This document shows, piece after piece, positions 26,394 to 35,375 of a stretch of DNA of 53,297 nt (positions are counted from its first letter, which is position 1; every line of letters starts with the position of its first letter). The notes beneath the pieces were generated by a model. That model ran no database searches and was not told the DNA's origin. It saw only the letters and a program-made list of their open reading frames with translations. The DNA is from an uncultured Spirochaetaceae bacterium (GTDB taxonomy: Bacteria > Spirochaetota > Spirochaetia > SZUA-6 > DRHE01), in assembly GCA_964514815.1 (NCBI GenBank), contig CAZERV010000004.1, positions 1-53,297 on the forward strand, read 5' to 3'. The position numbers were made by a program, and so were the translations under genes.

Positions 26394-27377
26394 ATGCTTA
26401 AGAGATCATTGCTCTTATTAAGCCTGATCTTTATTTTTTTAAATGCCACGCTTTTCGCCACCGGTGAATCAGGCTGGATCTATGTTCTTAATCGGAACGA
26501 TAATGAAATCTCCGTAATTGAGCCCGGGGAGAAGAGACTGGTTTCCCGTATCCCGCTTAGCGGGCAGGGTCCCACGGGCATTTATCCCGCTCCGAGTGGC
26601 AAGTATCTTTTTATTACTTTCAAGGGTTCTGAGCTCATCTCTGTCGTTGACACGGAGGAACAAAAGGAGATAAAGACCTTCACAGCCGAGAACATCAAGC
26701 CGGAGACAATCACCTTCTCACCGATGGGAGACTGGGTTTACATGACTCATTCCACCTCCAATGAAATAACAGTTTTTCGTCATAAAAAATTGGTACTTGA
26801 AGCCGCCGATAATTTCCCGCTGGGCACGGCCGGGACTCCGATTGTCTTAAACAGGAGGGGCACCCGTTTCTACCGCAGCAGCCCGGATGGTCTGGCCGTG
26901 GTATATGCCAAGACCAATAGAATTATAAAAAATGTCACCTTCCCTAACGGCTCGATGACCTGGGCCTTTAGTCCCGACTTCCGGTACCTGTGGGGCATCG
27001 GATTGGAGAAGGAGGTGGTTGTGGTGATAGATGAAAAGAAGGCCCGACTGGTGAAGACCCTGGATCTGGCCGGCCGGCCCCAGGCGCCGATCTTTTCGGC
27101 GGACGGTAGGAAAGTCTTCCTGATATATAAAGCCGGCGTCAGAGTCATAGACACCAGGGCATATAAGCAAACGAAAGAGATCCCTTTTCCCGATTCCATC
27201 GACAGCCTGGCTTATGACGATAACGGCCTGCTCTGGGCGGGCAGCTCGGCAGGCAGGGCTCTTTTTGCCGTAGATCCCGCCGCCCCGGAAAGTGTAGTAA
27301 GGATAGACCTGCCGGGAGAGCCCCTGAAGATCGTCTTTGTCAAACTTAAAAAGGGAGAGGGCTATGCCTGCTTTTAA
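26394..27377 (+). CDS. Secreted beta-propeller repeat protein (YVTN-like repeats)
   Basis: 327 aa with a signal-peptide-like N-terminus. It has repeated ~40-aa units of the type YVLNRNDNEISVI...G..P.G. Confidence 0.55.
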   Translation: MLKRSLLLLSLIFIFLNATLFATGESGWIYVLNRNDNEISVIEPGEKRLVSRIPLSGQGPTGIYPAPSGKYLFITFKGSELISVVDTEEQKEIKTFTAENIKPETITFSPMGDWVYMTHSTSNEITVFRHKKLVLEAADNFPLGTAGTPIVLNRRGTRFYRSSPDGLAVVYAKTNRIIKNVTFPNGSMTWAFSPDFRYLWGIGLEKEVVVVIDEKKARLVKTLDLAGRPQAPIFSADGRKVFLIYKAGVRVIDTRAYKQTKEIPFPDSIDSLAYDDNGLLWAGSSAGRALFAVDPAAPESVVRIDLPGEPLKIVFVKLKKGEGYACF

Positions 27378-27414
27378 TCGCTTATGCTATGAAAGAGTAT
27401 AGAAGGAAGCCGAT

Positions 27415-28443
27415 ATGATGATAATGGCGCTTTTGGGTCTGGTTGTGGGGATACCATTCGGATACGCCCTGCAGAGGGGCGGGTTCTGTATGAATACTGC
27501 TTTCAGGAGCATTCTTTTTGAAAAGGATCTCAGCCTGTTCAGAGGATACATCCTTATTCTGCTGATCAATATAGTGGCCGTAAACCTGCTCGATGAGTTT
27601 GCCGTCATAAACATCACCTTAGCTCCCTTCTTCTGGCCCGCCGTAATAATCGGTGGATTCATCTTCGGAGCGGGTATGGTCCTGGCCGGAGGCTGCGCCA
27701 GCGGCACCTGGTACAGGGTGGGCAAAGGCATGGTGGGCTCCTTCCTGGCTCTTTTGGGTTTCGCTGTAGGCGCCGCGGCCATGAGAAACGGTCTCCTGCG
27801 CCCCTTGATGGCGAAATTGAGGGAACCGGTGCTGGATGTCTATGGAGCAGAGGCCACATTGATCAATATTATTCCCCTCGATCACTGGGCGGTAAAGTGG
27901 GGGATTATCGCTCTCCTGGTGATCGCGGGAGGCAGGTGGCTTTTAAAGGCCCCGAAACAGAAGTATCAGGTCGGTTGGTCCTGGCCTAAAACAGGCCTGG
28001 TGATCGGAGCTTTGAGCGTGGCAGCCTGGCTCGCCTCCGGAGTTACCAACCGGGACTATGGACTTTCCTTTACCCAGCCGACCATCTCAATAGTGTCCTT
28101 CATCATCGGCGGAGATTCGGCCGGAATTAATTGGGGAACCTTCATGGTGCTGGGAGTGCCGCTGGGCGCCTTCTTAGCCGCCAAAATAACGGGGGAGTTT
28201 TCCCTGCGCGCGCCTGCTCCCGGCAGACTCATCCAGCAGTTCGGAGGAGGAATCCTCATGGGACTCGGGGCAGCTCTGGCCGGAGGATGCAACATCGGTC
28301 ACGGCATAACCGGGGTCTCGACGTTGGCCTTGAGCAGCATAGTGGCCACCCTCTTTACCGTGTTAGGGGTCTGGGGCATGACCTACCTGGTCTTCCGGTT
28401 AACCGCCCGGGCGGCAGCCGACGGGATTACGGCAGTGAAATAG
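27415..28443 (+). CDS. yeeE: YeeE/YedE family thiosulfate/sulfur-compound transporter
   Basis: 342-aa polytopic ORF with three conserved Cys motifs: GGFCMNTAFR, GGCASGTWYR and GGCNIGHGITG. Confidence 0.85.
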   Translation: MMIMALLGLVVGIPFGYALQRGGFCMNTAFRSILFEKDLSLFRGYILILLINIVAVNLLDEFAVINITLAPFFWPAVIIGGFIFGAGMVLAGGCASGTWYRVGKGMVGSFLALLGFAVGAAAMRNGLLRPLMAKLREPVLDVYGAEATLINIIPLDHWAVKWGIIALLVIAGGRWLLKAPKQKYQVGWSWPKTGLVIGALSVAAWLASGVTNRDYGLSFTQPTISIVSFIIGGDSAGINWGTFMVLGVPLGAFLAAKITGEFSLRAPAPGRLIQQFGGGILMGLGAALAGGCNIGHGITGVSTLALSSIVATLFTVLGVWGMTYLVFRLTARAAADGITAVK

Positions 28444-28474
28444 TAAAGATATTAAAAAATAGAGGAGGCAAGAA

Positions 28475-29392
28475 ATGAGGTCGAAGTTTTTTAGAAGAAA
28501 ATTACTCGTCTTATTACTGGTTCAGTTGACCCTTATTGCGGGACTTCTGGAAGCGGAGGGCAAACAGGGGGAGGACGGTCTTCCGCTCTTAATAGAAACG
28601 GAATGGCTGGTGAATAATCTAAGCTCTCCAAAACTCAAGGTAGTAGATTTCGGCAGGGCATACAAAGATTATCAGTCCGGTCACATCCCAGGCGCCGTGT
28701 ACCTGGAGCAAAAAGCAGTCTGGGACCGGGTTAATGGGATTCCGGGCATGCTCCCTGCTCCGGAAACGGTTGCTAAAGCCCTGGCGGGAGCAGGCATCAG
28801 CGACGATAGCTCCGTAATTATCTATGACGGCGCCAACGGGCTGTGGGCAGCACGTCTTTTCTGGGCCCTTGAGTATTTAGGGCATAAGGGCGTTCATGTC
28901 TTAAACGGGGGATGGAACAGGTGGTTGCAGGATGGGGGCGAAGTCCAAAAAGGCGCGCCCAGGGTTCCGCGTGGGAGCTTTACCGCCCGCCTCAGGCCCG
29001 AGCTCCTGGCTACGAGAGAATGGATTCTGAGGAATTTAGAAAGCCCACGCCTCCGAGTGGTCGATACCCGGTCTCCGAAAGAGTATAGCGGTGCGGATGC
29101 CAGGTCGGCGCGGGGAGGGCACATCCCCGGCGCAGTCAACATCAACTGGATTCTCAATATAACGGATCAAAAGATCTTTCTTCCCGAAGATGAGCTGGCG
29201 GAGTTCTATGATTCCCGGGGGGTGGAAAAGGACAAGATTGCCGTAACGCTTTGCCAGACCGGTGTGAGAGGAGCGCACACTTATTTTGTTCTCAGACACC
29301 TGGGCTACCCCGAGGTCAGGCTTTACGACGGCTCCTGGGAGGAATGGGGAAATATAGAGGATACGCCCGTAATCGTAGGGGAAGGAGAATAA
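28475..29392 (+). CDS. Secreted tandem-rhodanese thiosulfate/3-mercaptopyruvate sulfurtransferase
   Basis: 305 aa with a signal peptide and two rhodanese domains. The active-site loop CQTGVRG lies in the second domain. Confidence 0.85.
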   Translation: MRSKFFRRKLLVLLLVQLTLIAGLLEAEGKQGEDGLPLLIETEWLVNNLSSPKLKVVDFGRAYKDYQSGHIPGAVYLEQKAVWDRVNGIPGMLPAPETVAKALAGAGISDDSSVIIYDGANGLWAARLFWALEYLGHKGVHVLNGGWNRWLQDGGEVQKGAPRVPRGSFTARLRPELLATREWILRNLESPRLRVVDTRSPKEYSGADARSARGGHIPGAVNINWILNITDQKIFLPEDELAEFYDSRGVEKDKIAVTLCQTGVRGAHTYFVLRHLGYPEVRLYDGSWEEWGNIEDTPVIVGEGE

Positions 29393-29397
29393 ATGTA

Positions 29398-29652
29398 ATG
29401 TCGGAAGCCGGGAAAAATGTCGATATAGACAGGGACCTGGATCTGAAGGGTGAGGTATGCCCCTACACTTTTGTCAAGAGCAAGCTGGCCCTGGAGCAGA
29501 TGGATACGGGGCAAGTGTTAAGAGTCACTGTCGACAACAGCGAATCCGCCTCCAATGTTCCCAGGAGCCTGGAGATGGAGGGTCATGAGGTTATTAAAGT
29601 GGAACAGGTCAGCCCTTCTGTCTGGGATATCGTGGTAAAAAAGTCCGGTTGA
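29398..29652 (+). CDS. TusA/YeeD-like sulfurtransferase
   Basis: 84 aa with the CPYTFVKSK motif. The start is set at the ATG after GGAAGGAGA; the longer ORF from 29251 overlaps the rhodanese gene. Confidence 0.8.
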   Translation: MSEAGKNVDIDRDLDLKGEVCPYTFVKSKLALEQMDTGQVLRVTVDNSESASNVPRSLEMEGHEVIKVEQVSPSVWDIVVKKSG

Positions 29653-29843
29653 AGGGGTACACTTGATCGACATTTCCTCTTTCTCGCGCGGCAACCGAAT
29701 TGCCCATTTCTCGTGTCTAGCGTATTTCACCAATTCCTATGAGCCAATAATTCAGGCCAGCCAATCGCCGAAGGAAGTAGATACCAGTATTAGTCTTAAT
29801 TTTCTCTAAATGTGAATTTTTTAGCGAAATATAAAGAAAATAT

Positions 29844-29872
29844 TTGACATCCAAATTTAAACTATTTATAAT
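29844..29872 (+). promoter_or_regulatory. Consensus sigma70 promoter upstream of the cytochrome gene
   Basis: Exact TTGACA-17 nt-TATAAT in an AT-rich intergenic region, about 95 nt upstream of the ATG at 29968. Confidence 0.55.
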
Positions 29873-29967
29873 CAAGTGGTTAAGTCAAGTTGGGATATGG
29901 ACTGTTCTGATATGAGGTCCATTCGATCCATTTCAGTTTTTAGAAGAACTGAAAAAAAGGAGGAAGT

Positions 29968-31104
29968 ATGGTTAGATCAAGAGGAGGATTAAAAACATGG
30001 CTATTGGGGGTGTCTTTAGCGGGGTTTTTTCTCCTGACGGCACCCACCGTCCTTTTTGCCGAGGGAGAGGCTGAAACTGTAGTGGAGTTCAGCTTTTCCG
30101 AGTCCTGCGGCGCCTGCCACGGCAGCGAACCGGAATATCCCGTGTTAGGCGCCCGGCTGGGGTATGATACCTCCGGCCATAAGAATAACGCCAACTCCTA
30201 CTATGCCAATGGAGGAGGTTGCCAAAGATGCCACACCAACGAGGGATTTATTGAGTTCGTCAACACCGGCAAGGTTGAGGGCTTTGTGGAGTATCCTTCT
30301 CAGCCGGGGTGTTTCACCTGCCACACGCCCCATGAAACGGGTGATTTTACGCTGAGAACCACCAAACCGGTCCAACTGGCCGATGGCTCCACGTTTGACC
30401 TGGGAGAAGGCAATCTCTGCGCCAACTGCCACCAGGCCCGCCAAATTGCAGCTAAGCTGGTACAGGCGATGCCGGCGGAAAAAGTCTCCTCGCATTGGGG
30501 AGCCCATCACGGACCCCAGTCCGACTTAGTCAACGGAACCAACGCCTGGGAGTTTCCCGGCAAGAGCTATTCCAGTTCCCCTCATAAAGCCGTTGTAAAG
30601 GACGGGTGTGCAACATGCCATATGGCCCTCCCGGAGGGAAGATACGCCTTCAGCCCGGAGCTGGGGGGCCACAGCTTCAGAGTCGCAGGCGAGGTTCACG
30701 AGGCTGGAAAGCTGAATGTTTCCTCCTGTGTTACCTGTCATGAAGGTATTAAACAGGTCCGAGGGGAGGAAATCTTCGATCTCAGCGCGAAGGCCGATTA
30801 CGACCTCGATGGCACCGTAGAGCCGCTTCAGGCCGAGGTCGAAGGACTGCTGGAAAGACTGGTCAATCATAACGGGACCGGTCTCCTGCAGAAACTTTCC
30901 CCCCCCATGTACAAGGCGGACGGCAGTTGGAATTCCGTCAAATCCGGCCAGCGTTCTTTGGAAGAAGTCGGGGCACTCTACAACTACAAGTTCATTCTGG
31001 AAGACAGGAGCAAGGGAGTGCATAATGCTACATACGCCATCCAGGTACTGCATGACTCGATAGCAGCCCTGGATCCGAGCTTCATCTCCTCCAAACGGCC
31101 GTAA
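29968..31104 (+). CDS. Secreted hexaheme c-type cytochrome
   Basis: 378 aa with a signal peptide and six CxxCH motifs (CGACH, CQRCH, CFTCH, CANCH, CATCH, CVTCH). The RBS AGGAGG precedes the start. Confidence 0.85.
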   Translation: MVRSRGGLKTWLLGVSLAGFFLLTAPTVLFAEGEAETVVEFSFSESCGACHGSEPEYPVLGARLGYDTSGHKNNANSYYANGGGCQRCHTNEGFIEFVNTGKVEGFVEYPSQPGCFTCHTPHETGDFTLRTTKPVQLADGSTFDLGEGNLCANCHQARQIAAKLVQAMPAEKVSSHWGAHHGPQSDLVNGTNAWEFPGKSYSSSPHKAVVKDGCATCHMALPEGRYAFSPELGGHSFRVAGEVHEAGKLNVSSCVTCHEGIKQVRGEEIFDLSAKADYDLDGTVEPLQAEVEGLLERLVNHNGTGLLQKLSPPMYKADGSWNSVKSGQRSLEEVGALYNYKFILEDRSKGVHNATYAIQVLHDSIAALDPSFISSKRP

Positions 31105-31122
31105 CCTTAGGAGCGGAAAAGT

Positions 31123-33576
31123 CTATTTTTGCCAGTACAGATATCCGCCTTCGAGGACATACAGATTGGTATAACCCTCGGAGGCGAGGTACCTGTACGC
31201 TTCGTATGCCCCGGAAGAAGTCTTACTGTATAGAATAATCCTGGCTTTCTTATCAAAGGGGATTGATTCCAACCTGATATTCTCCAGGGGAACATTCAGG
31301 CTGCCCGGAATCGAATTGAGGGAATACTCCGAAAGCGGAGAAACATCGATGATTGCGGCGGCTTCATCTTTTTCTTTCTCAAAATCTCTTAAGGTAATCG
31401 TCTTAAAAAGATTATCCAGTTTATTGTTCAGCACCAGGCAGGCAGTCTGGGCAATGTCGATCGGGTTATTAAAGGCAGGAGCATAACCCAGATCCAATTT
31501 AAAGACATCTTCAAGAGTCAGTGATTGGGTTATCGCACAGGAAAGAAGCTCGATCCTGGCTACAATATCTCCCTTCCCGTATCCCTGGGCTCCGAGAATA
31601 ATCTTCGTTTTTGCATCGGCGATAACTTTCAGGACCAGGTACTGGCTGTTTTCATAATAATGGGCTTTATCCAGGCCGGTAACGGTGGCGGTTTCGGCTT
31701 CAATGCCGTTTTTCCAGGCGGCCCGCTGAGTCAGGCCCGTACGGGCGACATTCAGGTCGAAAATCTTGAACATGGCGGTGCCGATGGATCCTTTGAATTC
31801 CGATTTCCGGCCCGCAATATTGTCCGCCGCGATTCTCCCCATTTTTGTGGAGACCGAACCTAACGGCCAGTATTCGTGCTTCCTGGTAATCAGGTTTATG
31901 CTTTCGGCACAATCTCCAACGGCATAGATATTTTCATCGGAGGTCCGTAGATACTCATTGACATTGATCCCTCCCCATTCTCCGATTTCCAGGCCGGCAT
32001 TCCTGGCCAGGTCAATATTTGGTTTTACGCCTGCAGATACAATGATCAGGTCAACCTGGTACGTTTCTTTCTCGGTTAAGATCTTTAAACGGTTTCCGGA
32101 TTTATTTATCTCTCTTATAGCGGTATGGGTAATGATTTTGATGCCTTTCTTATTGAGCTCGTTTTGGATCTTGAGCGCAATATCTCTATCCAGGAGATTG
32201 AGCAGAATATAAGCCTTCTTTTCCAGGATAGTTACCCGGGCCCCGGTCTCAATCAGAGATTCGGCGGTAGAGATCCCCACCAGACCGCCGCCGATAATAT
32301 AGACGTCCTGGGCATTCTTATTGGCCAGCTCTTTCTTGATTACTTCCGCATTTTCAAGGCTGTGTAGAGAATAAATTCCTTTCTGCTTGATTCCGGGGAT
32401 CTTGGGAACGAGGGGCACTGCGCCGGTGGCCAGCACCAGGGTGTCGTAGGAAAGCATGGAGATGCTTTTACCGGCCAGGTCTTGAACTTTAACGATCTTT
32501 TTCTCCCGGTCGATTTCCAGGGCTCTTGTTTTTTTCAGGGCCGTGATATTTTTTATCGATTCAAAGAAATGCACATCCCGGATAGTGTTGTCTGCGGTGG
32601 ACATAAGCTCCTGGGCCGATCTTACCTTGCTGCTGATGTAATAGGGCAGGCCGCATCCGGCATAAGATAAGAACTCGCTTTGTTCGACGATCGTTATATC
32701 GAAGTTTTCGTCGAGCCTCCTCAACCTGGCGGCTGCTTTGGGTCCCGCGGTAACGCCTCCGATTATAAGGACCTTCTTTTTCTTAATTGCCCGATCTTTG
32801 CTTTTTCTCAATCTCGTATACGGCAGCTCGATGCTGAACGTGGCACCCTTATTAACCTTCGATTCCAGGTGGATCTCTCCGCCCAAATTGTTGATTACCT
32901 TTTTCGCGATCGCCAGTCCCAGGCCGGTCCCGGATATGTTGGCTTTATGCTTGAGGGAGCGGTAGAAAGGTTCAAAGATCCTGGTCAGTTCTTCTTCAGG
33001 TATGCCGTAACCGGTATCCGTTATCCGGATACGGCATTTCCGGTCCGCTTCTGAGAAATTGAGCCTGGCAGTAACCGTGCCCTGGGCCGGCGTGTATTTA
33101 ACGGCGTTTTCTAAAATATTTCTGATTGCCTGCTCCATGCCCTTGCTGTCTCCGAGAATATATATCCCCGTATTCGGAGGATAATCGGAATGCAGGGAGA
33201 TTTTATTATCCGAAGCAATAGAGGCATATTTGGTTACCAGGGAATTGAACAGCCCGGTAAGATTGAACTCTTCTTTTAGCGGCGCTTGGTCCTGGGAATA
33301 AAACTCATAGGCCATCAAATCGGAAATCAACTCATCTATCTCGCCGGCCCTGTTCAAAGCTTTTCCTAATAGAAAGAGAGCTTTGGGATTTATTTCTCCG
33401 GTGAAACCATCGGTTATCGTTTTCAATACGGCCTGGATCGCATGGACCGGGGCTTTGAGCTGGTGCGAAATTATCTTTATGAAATCTTCTCTGGAATCGT
33501 TTTGCTTATTCTCTTTTGCCATAATTATCCACAGCAAGATAATTTTAATGGCAATTACCAAATAGGGCAACGGCAC
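31123..33576 (-). CDS. Fusion protein: histidine kinase core + CoA-disulfide/persulfide reductase-like flavoprotein + rhodanese-homology domain
   Basis: 817 aa. The H-box SHQLKAPVHAI and HATPase motifs (NILENAVKYT, DTGYGI, GTGLGLAIA) span aa ~30-252. VLIIGGVTAGPKAA and the redox Cys context SYAGCGLPYY start the pyridine-nucleotide-disulfide oxidoreductase at aa ~266. The C-terminal rhodanese fold has ILYSKTSSGA where CxxGxR is expected. Confidence 0.8.
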   Translation of the reverse strand: MPLPYLVIAIKIILLWIIMAKENKQNDSREDFIKIISHQLKAPVHAIQAVLKTITDGFTGEINPKALFLLGKALNRAGEIDELISDLMAYEFYSQDQAPLKEEFNLTGLFNSLVTKYASIASDNKISLHSDYPPNTGIYILGDSKGMEQAIRNILENAVKYTPAQGTVTARLNFSEADRKCRIRITDTGYGIPEEELTRIFEPFYRSLKHKANISGTGLGLAIAKKVINNLGGEIHLESKVNKGATFSIELPYTRLRKSKDRAIKKKKVLIIGGVTAGPKAAARLRRLDENFDITIVEQSEFLSYAGCGLPYYISSKVRSAQELMSTADNTIRDVHFFESIKNITALKKTRALEIDREKKIVKVQDLAGKSISMLSYDTLVLATGAVPLVPKIPGIKQKGIYSLHSLENAEVIKKELANKNAQDVYIIGGGLVGISTAESLIETGARVTILEKKAYILLNLLDRDIALKIQNELNKKGIKIITHTAIREINKSGNRLKILTEKETYQVDLIIVSAGVKPNIDLARNAGLEIGEWGGINVNEYLRTSDENIYAVGDCAESINLITRKHEYWPLGSVSTKMGRIAADNIAGRKSEFKGSIGTAMFKIFDLNVARTGLTQRAAWKNGIEAETATVTGLDKAHYYENSQYLVLKVIADAKTKIILGAQGYGKGDIVARIELLSCAITQSLTLEDVFKLDLGYAPAFNNPIDIAQTACLVLNNKLDNLFKTITLRDFEKEKDEAAAIIDVSPLSEYSLNSIPGSLNVPLENIRLESIPFDKKARIILYSKTSSGAYEAYRYLASEGYTNLYVLEGGYLYWQK

Positions 33577-33585
33577 GCGCTCTAT

Positions 33586-35199
33586 TTAGCCGGCTTTTTC
33601 AGTTGATCTGATGAAGAGGCTGAAAGCCAGGGAAAGAAGCATTCCCAGGCCGAAATAATACCATATCCAGAGGGGGAGGCCGGCTATCATTACAGGTTCT
33701 CTGCCCCAGGCCCAGAAATCATTGCCCAGAACAAAGAGTATTATGAAAACCGGGACCCACTTCAGGCTGATCTTTTTTATGCCGAACACGATGCTCATAT
33801 TTTCATCGATTGAAGAGGTCAAGAGGCTGGTTGCCATGAAAACCGCCGCTGTAACGATCATGATGGGAACGACCGGAAGAATTCCCGGCAGATGAATGAG
33901 ATTAAAATAATAGCCCACCACCATTGCCTCTCCGAAGATGATGCTTAAGGCTGCCCCGTTTTTATTGGCTTTTTTCCAGTACAGTCCCCCCAGGACCGTG
34001 GGCGCCAGGACGCTCAGGCCGTTGAAAGTTGTCTGCCTTATGAAATCGAGGATGGTCGGCGGAGGCTTCAAGGCTATGAGGAGGCCGAGAATACCCAGGA
34101 TTACGATGGTGAGCCTTTCTTTAAAAACAACGTTCCTCTTTATCTTGAGAAAATCCGTGGTAATCATTGAGCTGAGCGTTAATAGCTGGGAATCCATGGT
34201 GGACATGAGGGCCGCTATGCTTCCGGTCAGGAGAAGAGTGCTGAGAAAGGTGCCCGTATATTTTACCAGTAAAAGCGGAAATATCGTATCTGAGGCTCCG
34301 GGGGCAAGATCGGGAAAGGTCAATCTCCCGATTACGCCGATTGAAACGGTCAAAAAGAACAGGAAAGTCGTGATAATAGGATAGAGAACAATCGTTGCGC
34401 GGAGAGCCTTTTCATCCTTTGCCGCTATGAACCGCTGAAAGAGCTGCGGGAACATCGGATCGGCAAAAAACCAGAGGAACATATAACCGAACCAGATGCC
34501 GTAAGGCATGGCATTATCCTGGCCCGGCCGAGAAAAAAGGGAAGGAAAGCTGCCCTGTATTTCTTTATGGGCAGATATGAATCCCCCGCTTTTTCCGGAA
34601 ATAATTATGAAGGCGGTGAGGGTAAAGCTTATTATCATTATACCCTGCAGAAGATCGGTCCAGACGATCGATCTCATTCCCCCGAAGGCGACGTAAGTCA
34701 CTATGAAAGCGGTAACCAGGAAAGCTCCCCACAAATAGGGCAGTCCCATCAGTGAATTCAATGACTTGCCACTGGCAATGGCCTGGATGGAAAGGTAGGG
34801 AAGGGTAAAAATTATCATTACCGCGGAAAAAAGCTTCTTTAAAAACGGTGAATTGTACCTGTCAAAGATGAAGTCGGAAGGAATTATGTAATTTCTCCTC
34901 CTGGACAGGATCGATATCTTGCTTCCGATGATGAAGAAAGAAATAGCCATGAAACCTGTTCCGAATCCCATGACGGGGTAAAAGGAATATCCCATTCGAT
35001 AACCCGCCCCGGAAAAGCCGAATATGGTAAAGGCGCTGAAATTGGTGGCGGCCATGGTAAAAAAGAGAGGAAGATTGGTCAGGCTTCTGCCGGCGAGTAT
35101 AAACTCCAGCCTGTTCCGTTCCGCCTTTTTGCGGAAGAACATCCCCACCAGCAGGGTCAGGAGAAAATAGGCAAAGAGTATAATGACGCGACTGTTCAC
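33586..35199 (-). CDS. Sodium:solute symporter (SSS/SLC5) family transporter
   Basis: 537-aa polytopic ORF of SSS type (N-terminal LLVGMFFRKKA...FILAGRSL). It uses a GTG start after AGGAGG and ends 9 nt before the kinase-fusion gene. Confidence 0.8.
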   Translation of the reverse strand: MNSRVIILFAYFLLTLLVGMFFRKKAERNRLEFILAGRSLTNLPLFFTMAATNFSAFTIFGFSGAGYRMGYSFYPVMGFGTGFMAISFFIIGSKISILSRRRNYIIPSDFIFDRYNSPFLKKLFSAVMIIFTLPYLSIQAIASGKSLNSLMGLPYLWGAFLVTAFIVTYVAFGGMRSIVWTDLLQGIMIISFTLTAFIIISGKSGGFISAHKEIQGSFPSLFSRPGQDNAMPYGIWFGYMFLWFFADPMFPQLFQRFIAAKDEKALRATIVLYPIITTFLFFLTVSIGVIGRLTFPDLAPGASDTIFPLLLVKYTGTFLSTLLLTGSIAALMSTMDSQLLTLSSMITTDFLKIKRNVVFKERLTIVILGILGLLIALKPPPTILDFIRQTTFNGLSVLAPTVLGGLYWKKANKNGAALSIIFGEAMVVGYYFNLIHLPGILPVVPIMIVTAAVFMATSLLTSSIDENMSIVFGIKKISLKWVPVFIILFVLGNDFWAWGREPVMIAGLPLWIWYYFGLGMLLSLAFSLFIRSTEKAG

Positions 35200-35345
35200 A
35201 GCAACCTCCTTTTTAAAGCTGTTCTCAAATAAAAAAAGCCGTCCGAACCCGTTCTCGAGCTGCCGCTTTTTCCCGAAACGGCATCTTCGTTACGAGTCTG
35301 GATGGCTTCCGCCTGAGACATAACCCGTTAATACTCTGTTACTAT

Positions 35346-35374
35346 TTTATAATCCCTAAATACCCTCACGTCAA
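35346..35374 (-). promoter_or_regulatory. Candidate sigma70 promoter of the SSS / kinase-fusion operon
   Basis: On the minus strand this reads TTGACG-17 nt-TATAAA, about 140 nt upstream of the GTG start. Confidence 0.4.
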
Positions 35375-35375
35375 G

